From NCBI GenBank assembly GCA_963663405.2, contig CAXXSM010000149.1:64001-128000 (forward strand): 64,000 bases of DNA, in the 5' to 3' direction. The translations under genes and the position numbers were made by a program. Numbering within the stretch: the stretch's first letter is position 1; each line of letters starts with the position of its first letter. This stretch comes from a bacterium (GTDB lineage: Bacteria; Hinthialibacterota; Hinthialibacteria; Hinthialibacterales; Hinthialibacteraceae). Below the pieces are notes generated by a model that searched no databases, was not told where the DNA came from, and saw only the letters and a program-made list of their open reading frames with translations. Positions 21,236 to 30,154 of the stretch are shown piece after piece.

Positions 21236-22102
21236 ATGAATAAAACAGGATCGATGAAACGCAGACATTTTTTAACAGCCATGGGAACGGCTGGTTTGGT
21301 TCAAATGGGTATTTCTTCGCGCGCATATGGCAGTGAATCCACTTCAAAACCAAAAAGCGCGCATGAGTTGAAAATAGGCTTGGCGTCCTATTCAACACGT
21401 AAATTTACACTGGATCAGACCATCGAAATGATGAAAGAACTGGATATTCAGTATGTCACATTAAAAAGTTTTCATTTGGAATTGAATTCTACGACGCAAG
21501 AACGAAAAGCCGTTGCGAAGAAACTTAAAGAGAATGGAATACATCTCATGGGTGGGGGGGTTATATACCTTAAGAATGATGAGGAACAAATTCTGAATGC
21601 GTTTCAATACGCTCGAGACGCTGGGATGCCCGTCATCGTCGGTTCACCTGATATTGACGCTCTGCCCATCGTTGACAAAATGGTGAAAGAATTTGACATC
21701 AAAGTTGCCATCCACAACCATGGACCAGGTGATAGCAAGTACCCCTCTCCTTTGGACGCTTATAAATATGTGAAAGATTATGATAAACGAATTGGACTAT
21801 GTATCGATATTGGTCATTCCGTTCGCTGGGGAGATGATGAGATCGAAGTGATCCACGCGGTGAAAGACCGGTTGTATGATTTTCATATCAAAGATACTAC
21901 CGCACGGAATAAAAATGGATCAACGATTGAACTGGGCCGGGGAATTATCAATATACCAGGCGTCATAAAAGCACTAATGGATATCCAATTTGAGGGTCAC
22001 GTAGCGCTCGAATACGAGAAAGACGCTGACAATCCCTTACCGGGTATGCGAGAATGTTTTGGGTATATCCGGGGTGTTATCGATACATTAAACATGAGTT
22101 AA
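21236..22102 (+). CDS. Tat-exported sugar phosphate isomerase/epimerase (xylose isomerase-like TIM barrel)
   Basis: KRRHFL Tat signal; AIHNHGP, CIDIGH, FHIKD, ALEYE. Confidence 0.85.
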   Translation: MNKTGSMKRRHFLTAMGTAGLVQMGISSRAYGSESTSKPKSAHELKIGLASYSTRKFTLDQTIEMMKELDIQYVTLKSFHLELNSTTQERKAVAKKLKENGIHLMGGGVIYLKNDEEQILNAFQYARDAGMPVIVGSPDIDALPIVDKMVKEFDIKVAIHNHGPGDSKYPSPLDAYKYVKDYDKRIGLCIDIGHSVRWGDDEIEVIHAVKDRLYDFHIKDTTARNKNGSTIELGRGIINIPGVIKALMDIQFEGHVALEYEKDADNPLPGMRECFGYIRGVIDTLNMS

Positions 22103-22106
22103 TAGA

Positions 22107-22327
22107 TAAGCCAGTGGAAGTGATCAATTCCTCCCCCAAGAACCAGCGCAAGCGCCGGGCTGTTTGGGGAGTAGGAGGGGGTTGACCCTTCAATGTTCAA
22201 CCCCCTTCTAAATCCTCCCAATAACCGGCGCTCGCGCAGGAGCATTAAGGAGGGGGAAAATAATTTTTTTCATTCCTTTTATTGATAATTATTACTACAT
22301 CACTTTATATGGCTGGTATGATACAAA
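22107..22327. repeat. palindromic dispersed element (MITE/REP-like), copy 1
   Basis: nested hairpins (TTCCTCCCCC..GGAGGGGGAA, AGGGGGTTGA..TCAACCCCCT); imperfect terminal IRs AGCCAGTGGAAGTGAT / ATCACTTTATATGGCT; homologous to 41292-41493. Confidence 0.75.
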
Positions 22328-22489
22328 ATGAGTTAATAGGATTTGCGTTTTTGAGTTCAATGAATTTCAATCGTTTCCATATACAATTTCATTGAAAGAA
22401 ACTTAATGATAAGAAATTCAAAAACAACTTTCGACTGAAATTCATTGCTATTCTGGTACATTTTTAAGGTAAATAATGGAGTACTAAAA

Positions 22490-24058
22490 ATGTATAAAAA
22501 ATATATCGTATTACTATTACTCATAGGTTCAACCATGAATGCAAATCCGGGGTTTTCACAAAATAGCAATCTTGGTGATTTTGGCGGGCATAATGATGTC
22601 GGAAAAGTCAAGAGTCCAGGATCCGTACAATATGATCCTTATACTCAAGAATACACGATTCAAGCATCCGGTACGAACATGTGGTTCGATCAGGATGAGT
22701 TTCATTTTATATGGAAACACATGCAAGGTGATTTTATTCTACGCGCAAGAATGAAATTTGTTGGACAAGGTGTTGATGCGCATAGAAAAATGGGTTGGAT
22801 CATTCGTAACTCTCTGGATACTGATTCCGCTCATGTCAACGCATCCATTCATGGTGATGGTTTAACTTCACTGCAATTCCGTAAGTCAAAGGGAGGAGAA
22901 ACAGAAGAAACAAAATTCAAGGTGATCGCGCCGGATATTGTTCAACTAGAGCGGCAAAGCAACACCTATATTATGTCCGTTGCTAAATTCGGTGAACCAT
23001 TCATTTCAAATCATATTACACTTGATTTGAATGATGATGTCTATATCGGATTATACGTTTGTTCTCACAATCCCGATGTATCTGAGAAAGCATTATTCAA
23101 GAATGTTCGATTGATTGTTCCCGCCAAGAAAGACTTTCAACCATATAGAGATTATATCGGTAGCCGGGTAGAGGTGATGGAGATCCAGTCAGGCTATCGT
23201 AAAGTTTTGTATACAAATTCCAAATCTATCCAAGCGCCAAATTGGACGCTTGATGGAAAATCCCTTATCTACAACAGTGAAGGGCTTCTTTATCAATTTG
23301 ATCTCGCAACGAAAATACCTACAGTGATAAATACCGGATTTGCGAATATAATTAATAACGATCATGTTCTATCATTTGACGGTAAATATCTTGGTATTAG
23401 TCATCATACCAGTGATGCGGATGGTCCCTCCATCAGTTATACAATGCCCATGCAAGACGGAAAACTCGAGCGTGTAATTATTGGCCCCTCTATCATTTAT
23501 ACAATGCCCGTACAAGGCGGAAAACTCAAGCGTGTAACTGATATTGGCCCCTCCTATCTTCACGGATGGTCTCCTGATGGGAAACATTTGATCTATACAG
23601 GAAATCGGGATGGGCAATACGATATTTACAGAATTCCTGTTGAAGGTGGTAAAGAGATTCAACTGACAAATACGATTGGGCTTGATGACGGTTCGGAATA
23701 TTCTCCGGATGGTAAATTCATCTATTTTAATTCAAACCGGACTGGCGCTATGCAAATTTGGCGTATGAAACCGGATGGATCTGAACCAACCCAAATCACC
23801 TTTGATGAATATAATGATTGGTTTCCGCATATTTCTCCTAATGGTAAATGGATCGTATTCTTATCATTTCCCAAAGATATAAGATCGGACGATCATCCAT
23901 TTTATAAACATGTGTATCTGCGTTTGATCCCCATTTCGGGAGGAAGACCAAAAATTATCGCTTACATTTACGGAGGGCAAGGGACAATCAACGTACCCAG
24001 CTGGTCACCGGATAGTACACATGTTTCATTCGTTAGCAATACAATGATTGTAGAATAA
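22490..24058 (+). CDS. secreted TolB-like (PD40) beta-propeller protein with N-terminal ConA-like domain
   Basis: signal peptide; QAPNWTLDG, HGWSPDG, SEYSPDG, FPHISPNG, NVPSWSPD. Confidence 0.85.
   Translation: MYKKYIVLLLLIGSTMNANPGFSQNSNLGDFGGHNDVGKVKSPGSVQYDPYTQEYTIQASGTNMWFDQDEFHFIWKHMQGDFILRARMKFVGQGVDAHRKMGWIIRNSLDTDSAHVNASIHGDGLTSLQFRKSKGGETEETKFKVIAPDIVQLERQSNTYIMSVAKFGEPFISNHITLDLNDDVYIGLYVCSHNPDVSEKALFKNVRLIVPAKKDFQPYRDYIGSRVEVMEIQSGYRKVLYTNSKSIQAPNWTLDGKSLIYNSEGLLYQFDLATKIPTVINTGFANIINNDHVLSFDGKYLGISHHTSDADGPSISYTMPMQDGKLERVIIGPSIIYTMPVQGGKLKRVTDIGPSYLHGWSPDGKHLIYTGNRDGQYDIYRIPVEGGKEIQLTNTIGLDDGSEYSPDGKFIYFNSNRTGAMQIWRMKPDGSEPTQITFDEYNDWFPHISPNGKWIVFLSFPKDIRSDDHPFYKHVYLRLIPISGGRPKIIAYIYGGQGTINVPSWSPDSTHVSFVSNTMIVE
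23422..23554 (+). repeat. in-frame tandem duplication with a 60-bp period inside the TolB-like gene
   Basis: GPSISYTMPMQDGKLERVII / GPSIIYTMPVQGGKLKRVTDI / GPS; DNA units start at 23422, 23482 and 23545. Confidence 0.9.
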
Positions 24059-24202
24059 TCAAGAATGAAATTAAAACAATTTGTTGTAAACAACGGTTAG
24101 TATTTGTTGAGAATGTATTCTTATCTTTCATGACACAATCAAGACAATATGGCGCAAAGTCCTATAACATTTAAATAACTTGTTCGGTCCCAGTATTCAA
24201 AG

Positions 24203-25147
24203 ATGAAAAAAAATAACGAGAAATCAAAGCCACACTATACAAGAATAGTCCGCATCATTGCCGTTATTGCTGTTGCTCTTTTTCTCGTTCTTTATGGAGA
24301 TTCGATGAGCTTCTTTAAGAGAATGTTTGGTATTCAAACATCAAAAAGTTTAAGTTCTGCACTAGAGGATATTAATCGCCTGCGGAAGCCTGCGATTCAC
24401 CTGGTACCGTCAGGCAATGAATCTTTATCAAAGCTGGGAGGACTTCCGTTAATATCGACTTCATTTGTATGGCCAATTTGGAACAATCAACCTCTTGCCT
24501 TTCTTGGGCAAATAGACCTATCAAGTGTTCCTCGTAATATCGAACTATCAAAATTGCTTCCCCCTAATGGCCTCCTATATATTTTCTATGACAAAGAACA
24601 AGGGACTTGGGGATTCGATCCAAACGATAAAGGCAGTTGGAAGGTTCTATATGAATCCAATACAACGGATTTAAAAGCGTCCACCTTGCCAGATGGTTTA
24701 AGCAATGAAGACCTGTATCCAGAAAAACACCTTTCTTTTAAGGACATTCTCACCTATCCAGATGGCCTTGATGATGAAATCAATGATCTAAATCTTAGTG
24801 AATCAGATTTTGATAAATATGTAGATCTCCAATCAGAGCCATTTGCTGGCATGCCTACTCATCAGCTATTTGGTCATCCTTTACCTATTCAAAGTAATGA
24901 TATGGACCTTGAAGCCCAACTCGTGTCAAATGGAATCTACTGCGGTGGCCCCGAAGGTTACAACAGTGAAAAAGCAAAAAAACTGGAGAGTGGCCGCAGC
25001 CAATGGATTATGCTTTTACAGATTGATTCTGATGATGATATTGGAATGATGTGGGGGGATGCCGGTAAATTATATTTTTGGATCAAGAAGTCAGATCTTA
25101 TTGAAGGAGTGTTTGATAATGTTTGGATGGTCCTTCAATGTGGATGA
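24203..25147 (+). CDS. YwqG / DUF1963 family protein
   Basis: SKLGGLP, PLAFLGQI, HQLFGHP..IQ, LLQIDSD..MMWGDAGKLYFWI..FDNVWMVLQC. Confidence 0.85.
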   Translation: MKKNNEKSKPHYTRIVRIIAVIAVALFLVLYGDSMSFFKRMFGIQTSKSLSSALEDINRLRKPAIHLVPSGNESLSKLGGLPLISTSFVWPIWNNQPLAFLGQIDLSSVPRNIELSKLLPPNGLLYIFYDKEQGTWGFDPNDKGSWKVLYESNTTDLKASTLPDGLSNEDLYPEKHLSFKDILTYPDGLDDEINDLNLSESDFDKYVDLQSEPFAGMPTHQLFGHPLPIQSNDMDLEAQLVSNGIYCGGPEGYNSEKAKKLESGRSQWIMLLQIDSDDDIGMMWGDAGKLYFWIKKSDLIEGVFDNVWMVLQCG

Positions 25148-25171
25148 ACTTATATCCTGATAAGTAAATGG

Positions 25172-25233
25172 GCCTAACCAGCCGCTTCTTGGGACCACTC
25201 GAACGCTCGCGGTCCCAGAGCTTATTGTTAGCC
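25172..25233 (+). other. integron attC-like recombination site (solitary)
   Basis: GCCTAAC (R'') ... GTTAGCC (R'); inner arms GCTTCTTGGGACC / GGTCCCAGAGC pair with two extrahelical bases; 62 bp, 24 bp after a stop codon. Confidence 0.65.
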
Positions 25234-25320
25234 ACGTAGTATCATCTCCAAGGAGATGCTGTGGATCTTAGGAATGTCATTGAAAGAGACGCTTGGTCAG
25301 GTAACAAAAGGATACTAGAG

Positions 25321-26826
25321 ATGAACCACAGGCTGGATCTACTTTGTCTAACTCTGTTTCTTGGAATGTCTGCCTCGGTTTGCCATGCGGAAGCGGAGCC
25401 TGTGCAGCCGGCCCATATTGTTTCTCTCAGTCAGGCGCACAAAGGCAATTTGGTGATTGATATCCTTCTCCTGGACAGCTATGGACGCCTGCCGGAAGAG
25501 AGGCGCGCATTCTACCTGAGTGCACGGGAAATCCTCGATGGTTCTCCTGCCGTCACACTCACCGATCCCAAAATCATCGATGCAGCCAAGAAGGCCGGAC
25601 TTCCTTTGATCAGCGGACCGATGCTGGGTGATGTATCGGAGAGAGGCGTCACGGTCTGGTTTCGTCCGGTCCATGCTGAAAGATTGACCGTGCAAGTCAC
25701 TGACATGGAAGGAAATAAAAAGAAGGATTTCCGTGTCGATGGCGCCCGGCCTGGAGCGGCTGTCCGAGTCAGGCTTACCGGTTTGCCAGCAAACACCCAA
25801 CACACCTACCGAATCGTAAACAACACAGGCGATGTTTTGGGCAGCGGATCTTTTCGTACTGCCCCAAGACCGAATACCAATGAGACGATCCGCATCGCCT
25901 TCGGCTCCTGCTTCCATAAGATCGGCGTTCACAACCCGAACTTAATGCGGTTGATTACAAAGCGCGGCAATCAAGCCATGCTTCTTCTTGGTGACATAGC
26001 GGCGGACGATCGGGAGGCCCAAACCAATCTGCATTACGCCGATTACCTTCTGCGGGATGTTTCAAAACCGTGGCGGATGTTTTCAGCCAACATTCCCGTC
26101 TATGCCTGCTGGGACGATCATGACTACCTGAATAATGACAAATCAGGGCTTCAGCATGGTGAGATTACAGACAAGGAGCGAAATACGCTGCGTCAGCTCT
26201 GGCAGGAAAACTGGAACAATCCGAGCACGGTTGAAGAAGACCGCGGGATCTATTTCAACACTGTCATTGGCGATGTTGAAATTATCATGCTCGATACCCG
26301 CTCCTGCCGGAATTGGCGGATACGCGGGCAGCACGATTCCTACCTTGGCGATGCGCAAATGCAATGGCTCCTCAAAACTCTCAAGGCGTCCAACGCCCGG
26401 TTCATCATACTGACTAGCGGTACTATGTGGAGTGATTTCATGTCCAAAGCAAAGGATTCATGGGGCACCTGGGACATTCCGGGGCGTGAGGAGATCTACA
26501 ACTTTATCGAAGAGAACCAGATTAGCGGTGTGTTGCTTCTCAGTGGGGACCGTCACGGCGCGCGCGGTTTCAAAATTGAACGCCCATCCGGTTTTACACT
26601 GTATGAGTTCGAAGCCGCCACCCTCGGCGGCGTCCCCGGACCGGGCCCCTTTGCCCCGGACAAATCGGCGCAGTTGTTCGGATACGGCGGCGGTTTGATC
26701 GCCTTTGGTGAGTTCACCTTCGACATGAGCAAACCTGATCCTGAAGTGACATTCCGCCTAATTAATGAGGAAGAAAAGGAACTCGAGAAGCATACCTTTT
26801 ACTATTCTGAGCTTAAACCTCGATAA
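25321..26826 (+). CDS. PhoD-like alkaline phosphatase D family metallophosphoesterase
   Basis: signal peptide; FGSC, LLGD, WDDHD, MLDTRS, LSGDRH. Confidence 0.85.
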   Translation: MNHRLDLLCLTLFLGMSASVCHAEAEPVQPAHIVSLSQAHKGNLVIDILLLDSYGRLPEERRAFYLSAREILDGSPAVTLTDPKIIDAAKKAGLPLISGPMLGDVSERGVTVWFRPVHAERLTVQVTDMEGNKKKDFRVDGARPGAAVRVRLTGLPANTQHTYRIVNNTGDVLGSGSFRTAPRPNTNETIRIAFGSCFHKIGVHNPNLMRLITKRGNQAMLLLGDIAADDREAQTNLHYADYLLRDVSKPWRMFSANIPVYACWDDHDYLNNDKSGLQHGEITDKERNTLRQLWQENWNNPSTVEEDRGIYFNTVIGDVEIIMLDTRSCRNWRIRGQHDSYLGDAQMQWLLKTLKASNARFIILTSGTMWSDFMSKAKDSWGTWDIPGREEIYNFIEENQISGVLLLSGDRHGARGFKIERPSGFTLYEFEAATLGGVPGPGPFAPDKSAQLFGYGGGLIAFGEFTFDMSKPDPEVTFRLINEEEKELEKHTFYYSELKPR

Positions 26827-27010
26827 GAGAAAAGAAAATGACTTACCTGAAATTAAGCTCATTACACTGCATCGCGATAATAATATCAAAACCTGCCACT
26901 GAGACGCTCGCGAGTTTTAATCTCACCTGAAATTCGGCTGATTTCATCACTGGGATCTATGATGTGGTTGTTCAGTTGGGAACTGGCTGCGTAGCGCGGA
27001 GCACGATATA

Positions 27011-27868
27011 CTACAAAGAGCATTCCGTTACTGGATATCCACATATTCCTGGACGGCAGACAAATAGACTGCCGGCTAAAGGATAGATATCAACATCTTC
27101 CTGGATAGATGCGGTTGTAATGTAAAGATGGTCATAGTTTTTCCCCCCAAACCAACAAGCGGTTGTTTTGGGGACAGGCAAAGTAATTTTTTCCAATGAT
27201 TGGCCTGTGTCTGGATCAATGCAATGTACACAGGAACCATTAAAAACAGCGACCCAGAGATGTCCCTGCCGGTCGATCGTCATTCCGTCCGGGACACCTG
27301 GTTCTCCCTCAGGCAGACGGGCGATTTGCCGGCGGTGGCTAATCGCCGCCAAATCTGGATCCCAATCAAACGCGTCGATGGCGCCGGCAGGAGAGTCGAT
27401 ATAATAAAAAAGCCCTTTGTTTTCATCCCAACACAAACCATTCGATACTCGTATTCCTGTTAACATTTCAGTGACTTCAAAACTGGAATCAATTCGATAT
27501 AAACTTGCTATGGGTTTGTCTCGGCCGATCGTTCCTACCCATAGCCGTCCTTGCGGATCGCATTTTCCATCATTAAAACGATTGACAATGGGCCTATTCG
27601 AGGGCCAAGGAAGTGGTTCAGTTACTTCAGTCATAGGATCAAAAACGCAAAGCCCAGTTTCTTGAGCAAGAATAAAGCCACCTTTGGCTCGAGGGACGAC
27701 TGTCCCCGTCTTTTCATGCAAAATGAATGATTGCTTATTATCGATTTCTGGTGTGTAGATGTGCAATCGTGGAGCGTTGATATCAAGCCAATACAAACTC
27801 TTTTTCCACCAAATCGGCCCCTCGCCCAATTCGGATCGGATATTCCACACAAGTTCTGCTTGAATCAC
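27011..27868 (-). CDS. SMP-30/gluconolactonase/LRE family sugar lactonase
   Basis: LGEGPIW, RFNDGKCDPQGRLWVGT, SNGLCW, PDGMTIDRQGHLWVA, LYITTA. Confidence 0.92.
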   Translation of the reverse strand: MIQAELVWNIRSELGEGPIWWKKSLYWLDINAPRLHIYTPEIDNKQSFILHEKTGTVVPRAKGGFILAQETGLCVFDPMTEVTEPLPWPSNRPIVNRFNDGKCDPQGRLWVGTIGRDKPIASLYRIDSSFEVTEMLTGIRVSNGLCWDENKGLFYYIDSPAGAIDAFDWDPDLAAISHRRQIARLPEGEPGVPDGMTIDRQGHLWVAVFNGSCVHCIDPDTGQSLEKITLPVPKTTACWFGGKNYDHLYITTASIQEDVDIYPLAGSLFVCRPGICGYPVTECSL

Positions 27869-27904
27869 TATTCCAAGTTCCTTTCGATTTATTAAACTAT
27901 AGTT

Positions 27905-28690
27905 TTATACTGCGCAGTCGGGCGGGAGCAACTGACTATCAATCCCTCCTGAAACAAGAATTGATGAACCTGTTATATTTCCGGCTTTTCCAGAGGCCAG
28001 AAAGGCTGCAGTTTCTCCAATATCTTCTTGGCTGGATTCTTTACCCAAGGGAACATTTTTCCGCCGTCGTCGTTTAATCTCTTCCGATAGCGCATCCCAT
28101 CGTTCTGTATAAATATATCCAGGCATTACACAGTTGACTCGAATATTGTATTCCGCTAATTCGATTGCGATTGCTCTTGTTAAACTTTCGACTCCACCTT
28201 TCGACGCGATGTAGGCGGCGCGATCACTCAATGCGCGCTTAGAGGTATTTGAACCGATATTGACGATTGCGCCTCCGCCCCGAGGGATCATTTGCCGGGC
28301 GGCGTGCTGAGCGCACAGAGCATACCCTCGAAGATTAACCGCAAGCACTTCGTCAAAAAAAGTCATTGGCATATCCAGAAAGCGATAGCCTAATCCAAGA
28401 TGACAGGCGTTATTCACTAGCACATCTAAACCCCCTACTTGATCCTCTATGTATGAAAACGCCTTTGATACCTCTTGATCGCTTGTTACATTGGCTGGGG
28501 CGGGCAAATATCGTTCACCTTCGGTGTTTGCGTTATGGTTTAGTGTGTTTACAACTTGCGTAATTCTTTCATTGGATAGACCGTTGATAAAGACCGTCGC
28601 CCCATATTTCCCAAAGACTTTTGCAATGCCTAGGCCGGTGTTGAGTTCAGAACCTGTTATCAAAACATTCTTATTTTTAAACATAATCAT
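27905..28690 (-). CDS. SDR family oxidoreductase
   Basis: LITGSELNTGLG, LVNNA, YIASK, IRVNCVMPG. Confidence 0.9.
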   Translation of the reverse strand: MIMFKNKNVLITGSELNTGLGIAKVFGKYGATVFINGLSNERITQVVNTLNHNANTEGERYLPAPANVTSDQEVSKAFSYIEDQVGGLDVLVNNACHLGLGYRFLDMPMTFFDEVLAVNLRGYALCAQHAARQMIPRGGGAIVNIGSNTSKRALSDRAAYIASKGGVESLTRAIAIELAEYNIRVNCVMPGYIYTERWDALSEEIKRRRRKNVPLGKESSQEDIGETAAFLASGKAGNITGSSILVSGGIDSQLLPPDCAV

Positions 28691-28786
28691 CTCACTTTAT
28701 GAATACATATCTTTACGTTTTTTTTCTTTACAGAAAAGTAATTCATCTTTCAAAAGGAATTGCGAGTTGCGTAATGTGCAGTTTCC

Positions 28787-30034
28787 TTATTCTGTTTCCT
28801 CTGCGATACGATCCTTATTAAAGAAGAAAACTAATCCGATAAGAACAGCCAGACCGCCAATTATGTAGGATGCGGAATAGTAAGCAAATCCATAGGATAA
28901 TCCTTTTCCCGGTTCAAGGATTTCGCGAAGAGAACCCATCAGCCATGGTGAGAATGATCCTAGCAAAAATGCCAACATGACCATGACTCCTACCGCTGAG
29001 CCACGGTATTTCGGTTCGATCACATCAAACAATGAAGCGTGTGTGTTTGATTCATAAAGCCCTCGGAACAATCCAAACACCGCCATTGCGGCATAACAGG
29101 TGAAAGCCGATTGCGCTAATCCCATATATAAAATAGCCGGGGCGCCAAGAATCATGGCCATAGTTTGCATTGTCATTCGGGCGCCTGGGTATTTTTTGAC
29201 CCAAGAGTCTGACATTACACCACCGATCAAAACACCCACAAGAGCGGTAATATGATGAAAAAACATGGAGTATCCCCCCGCTTCAACAAGGGAAAGTTCA
29301 AACTTTTCACGCAGATACTCTGGAGCCCATACGACGTATGCGTTATTAACAAACACGATCGCTGTGAATCCAACAGTTAACAAGATCGCCGTTGGTTTTT
29401 GAAATAGCAGCCCTAGCATAGTGAATGGATTCTGCCATTCGTTAGGCGCTTCTAGCTGTTTCATCTCACTCCCATCTTTCAATCGGAAAATGAAAATAAG
29501 ACCAAGTAGTATGCCCGCTGCGCCATACACATAGAACGAAGAACGCCATCCCCACTGATCGGCGATATATCCACCGAGGAAACCACTCACCATTACTCCA
29601 ATGTACAAGGCCGCTTGGTGGATGGACATCGCTAATGCGCGTGTGGTCTTATGGAAAGCAGCCATAAGAGCATAGGCCGCTGGAGCGTAGAACGATTCTC
29701 CGCCTGCGGTTGCTACACTTCTGAGCGCAGTTAAACTTACAATACCCCGGCTAAGCCCTGTTAACAGGGTGGATGTACTCCAGAAAATCAACGCTCCGGT
29801 TATGACCCACTTCTTCCGTAGCATATCGCTTAAATAACCGGCAATTGGCATTAACACAGCCAACGTGAAGAAGAGTACAGTTCCCACGAAACCAAGCTGT
29901 GAGTCGCTAAGATTCAACTCGGTACGAATTTGAGGTAACACTACTCCATATATGGCGCGATCGCCTTGATGAAAAAAGAACGCCAAGCAAAGCAACGCGA
30001 GAAGTTCCCACTTATAATTTCGATTTGTCACCAT
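28787..30034 (-). CDS. MFS transporter (sugar-acid/ACS-like), paralog 1
   Basis: multiple TM helices; FFHQGDRAIY, GYLSDMLRKK, ATAGGESFYAPA. Confidence 0.9.
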   Translation of the reverse strand: MVTNRNYKWELLALLCLAFFFHQGDRAIYGVVLPQIRTELNLSDSQLGFVGTVLFFTLAVLMPIAGYLSDMLRKKWVITGALIFWSTSTLLTGLSRGIVSLTALRSVATAGGESFYAPAAYALMAAFHKTTRALAMSIHQAALYIGVMVSGFLGGYIADQWGWRSSFYVYGAAGILLGLIFIFRLKDGSEMKQLEAPNEWQNPFTMLGLLFQKPTAILLTVGFTAIVFVNNAYVVWAPEYLREKFELSLVEAGGYSMFFHHITALVGVLIGGVMSDSWVKKYPGARMTMQTMAMILGAPAILYMGLAQSAFTCYAAMAVFGLFRGLYESNTHASLFDVIEPKYRGSAVGVMVMLAFLLGSFSPWLMGSLREILEPGKGLSYGFAYYSASYIIGGLAVLIGLVFFFNKDRIAEETE

Positions 30035-30154
30035 AACTCCTTTTCGCGCGCCATAAATAAGGACGTGATATTAACATATCAATAAAGAGAGTTAATCCTT
30101 GTTTCTCCTCACATTGAATTGATGGTATAACGAGTTGACATACAGCGTCAATGC

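Noticed and set aside
24085-24200. Possible upstream attC/attI for the YwqG cassette
   Set aside because: GTT and AAC words are present, but there are no paired arms or correct spacing
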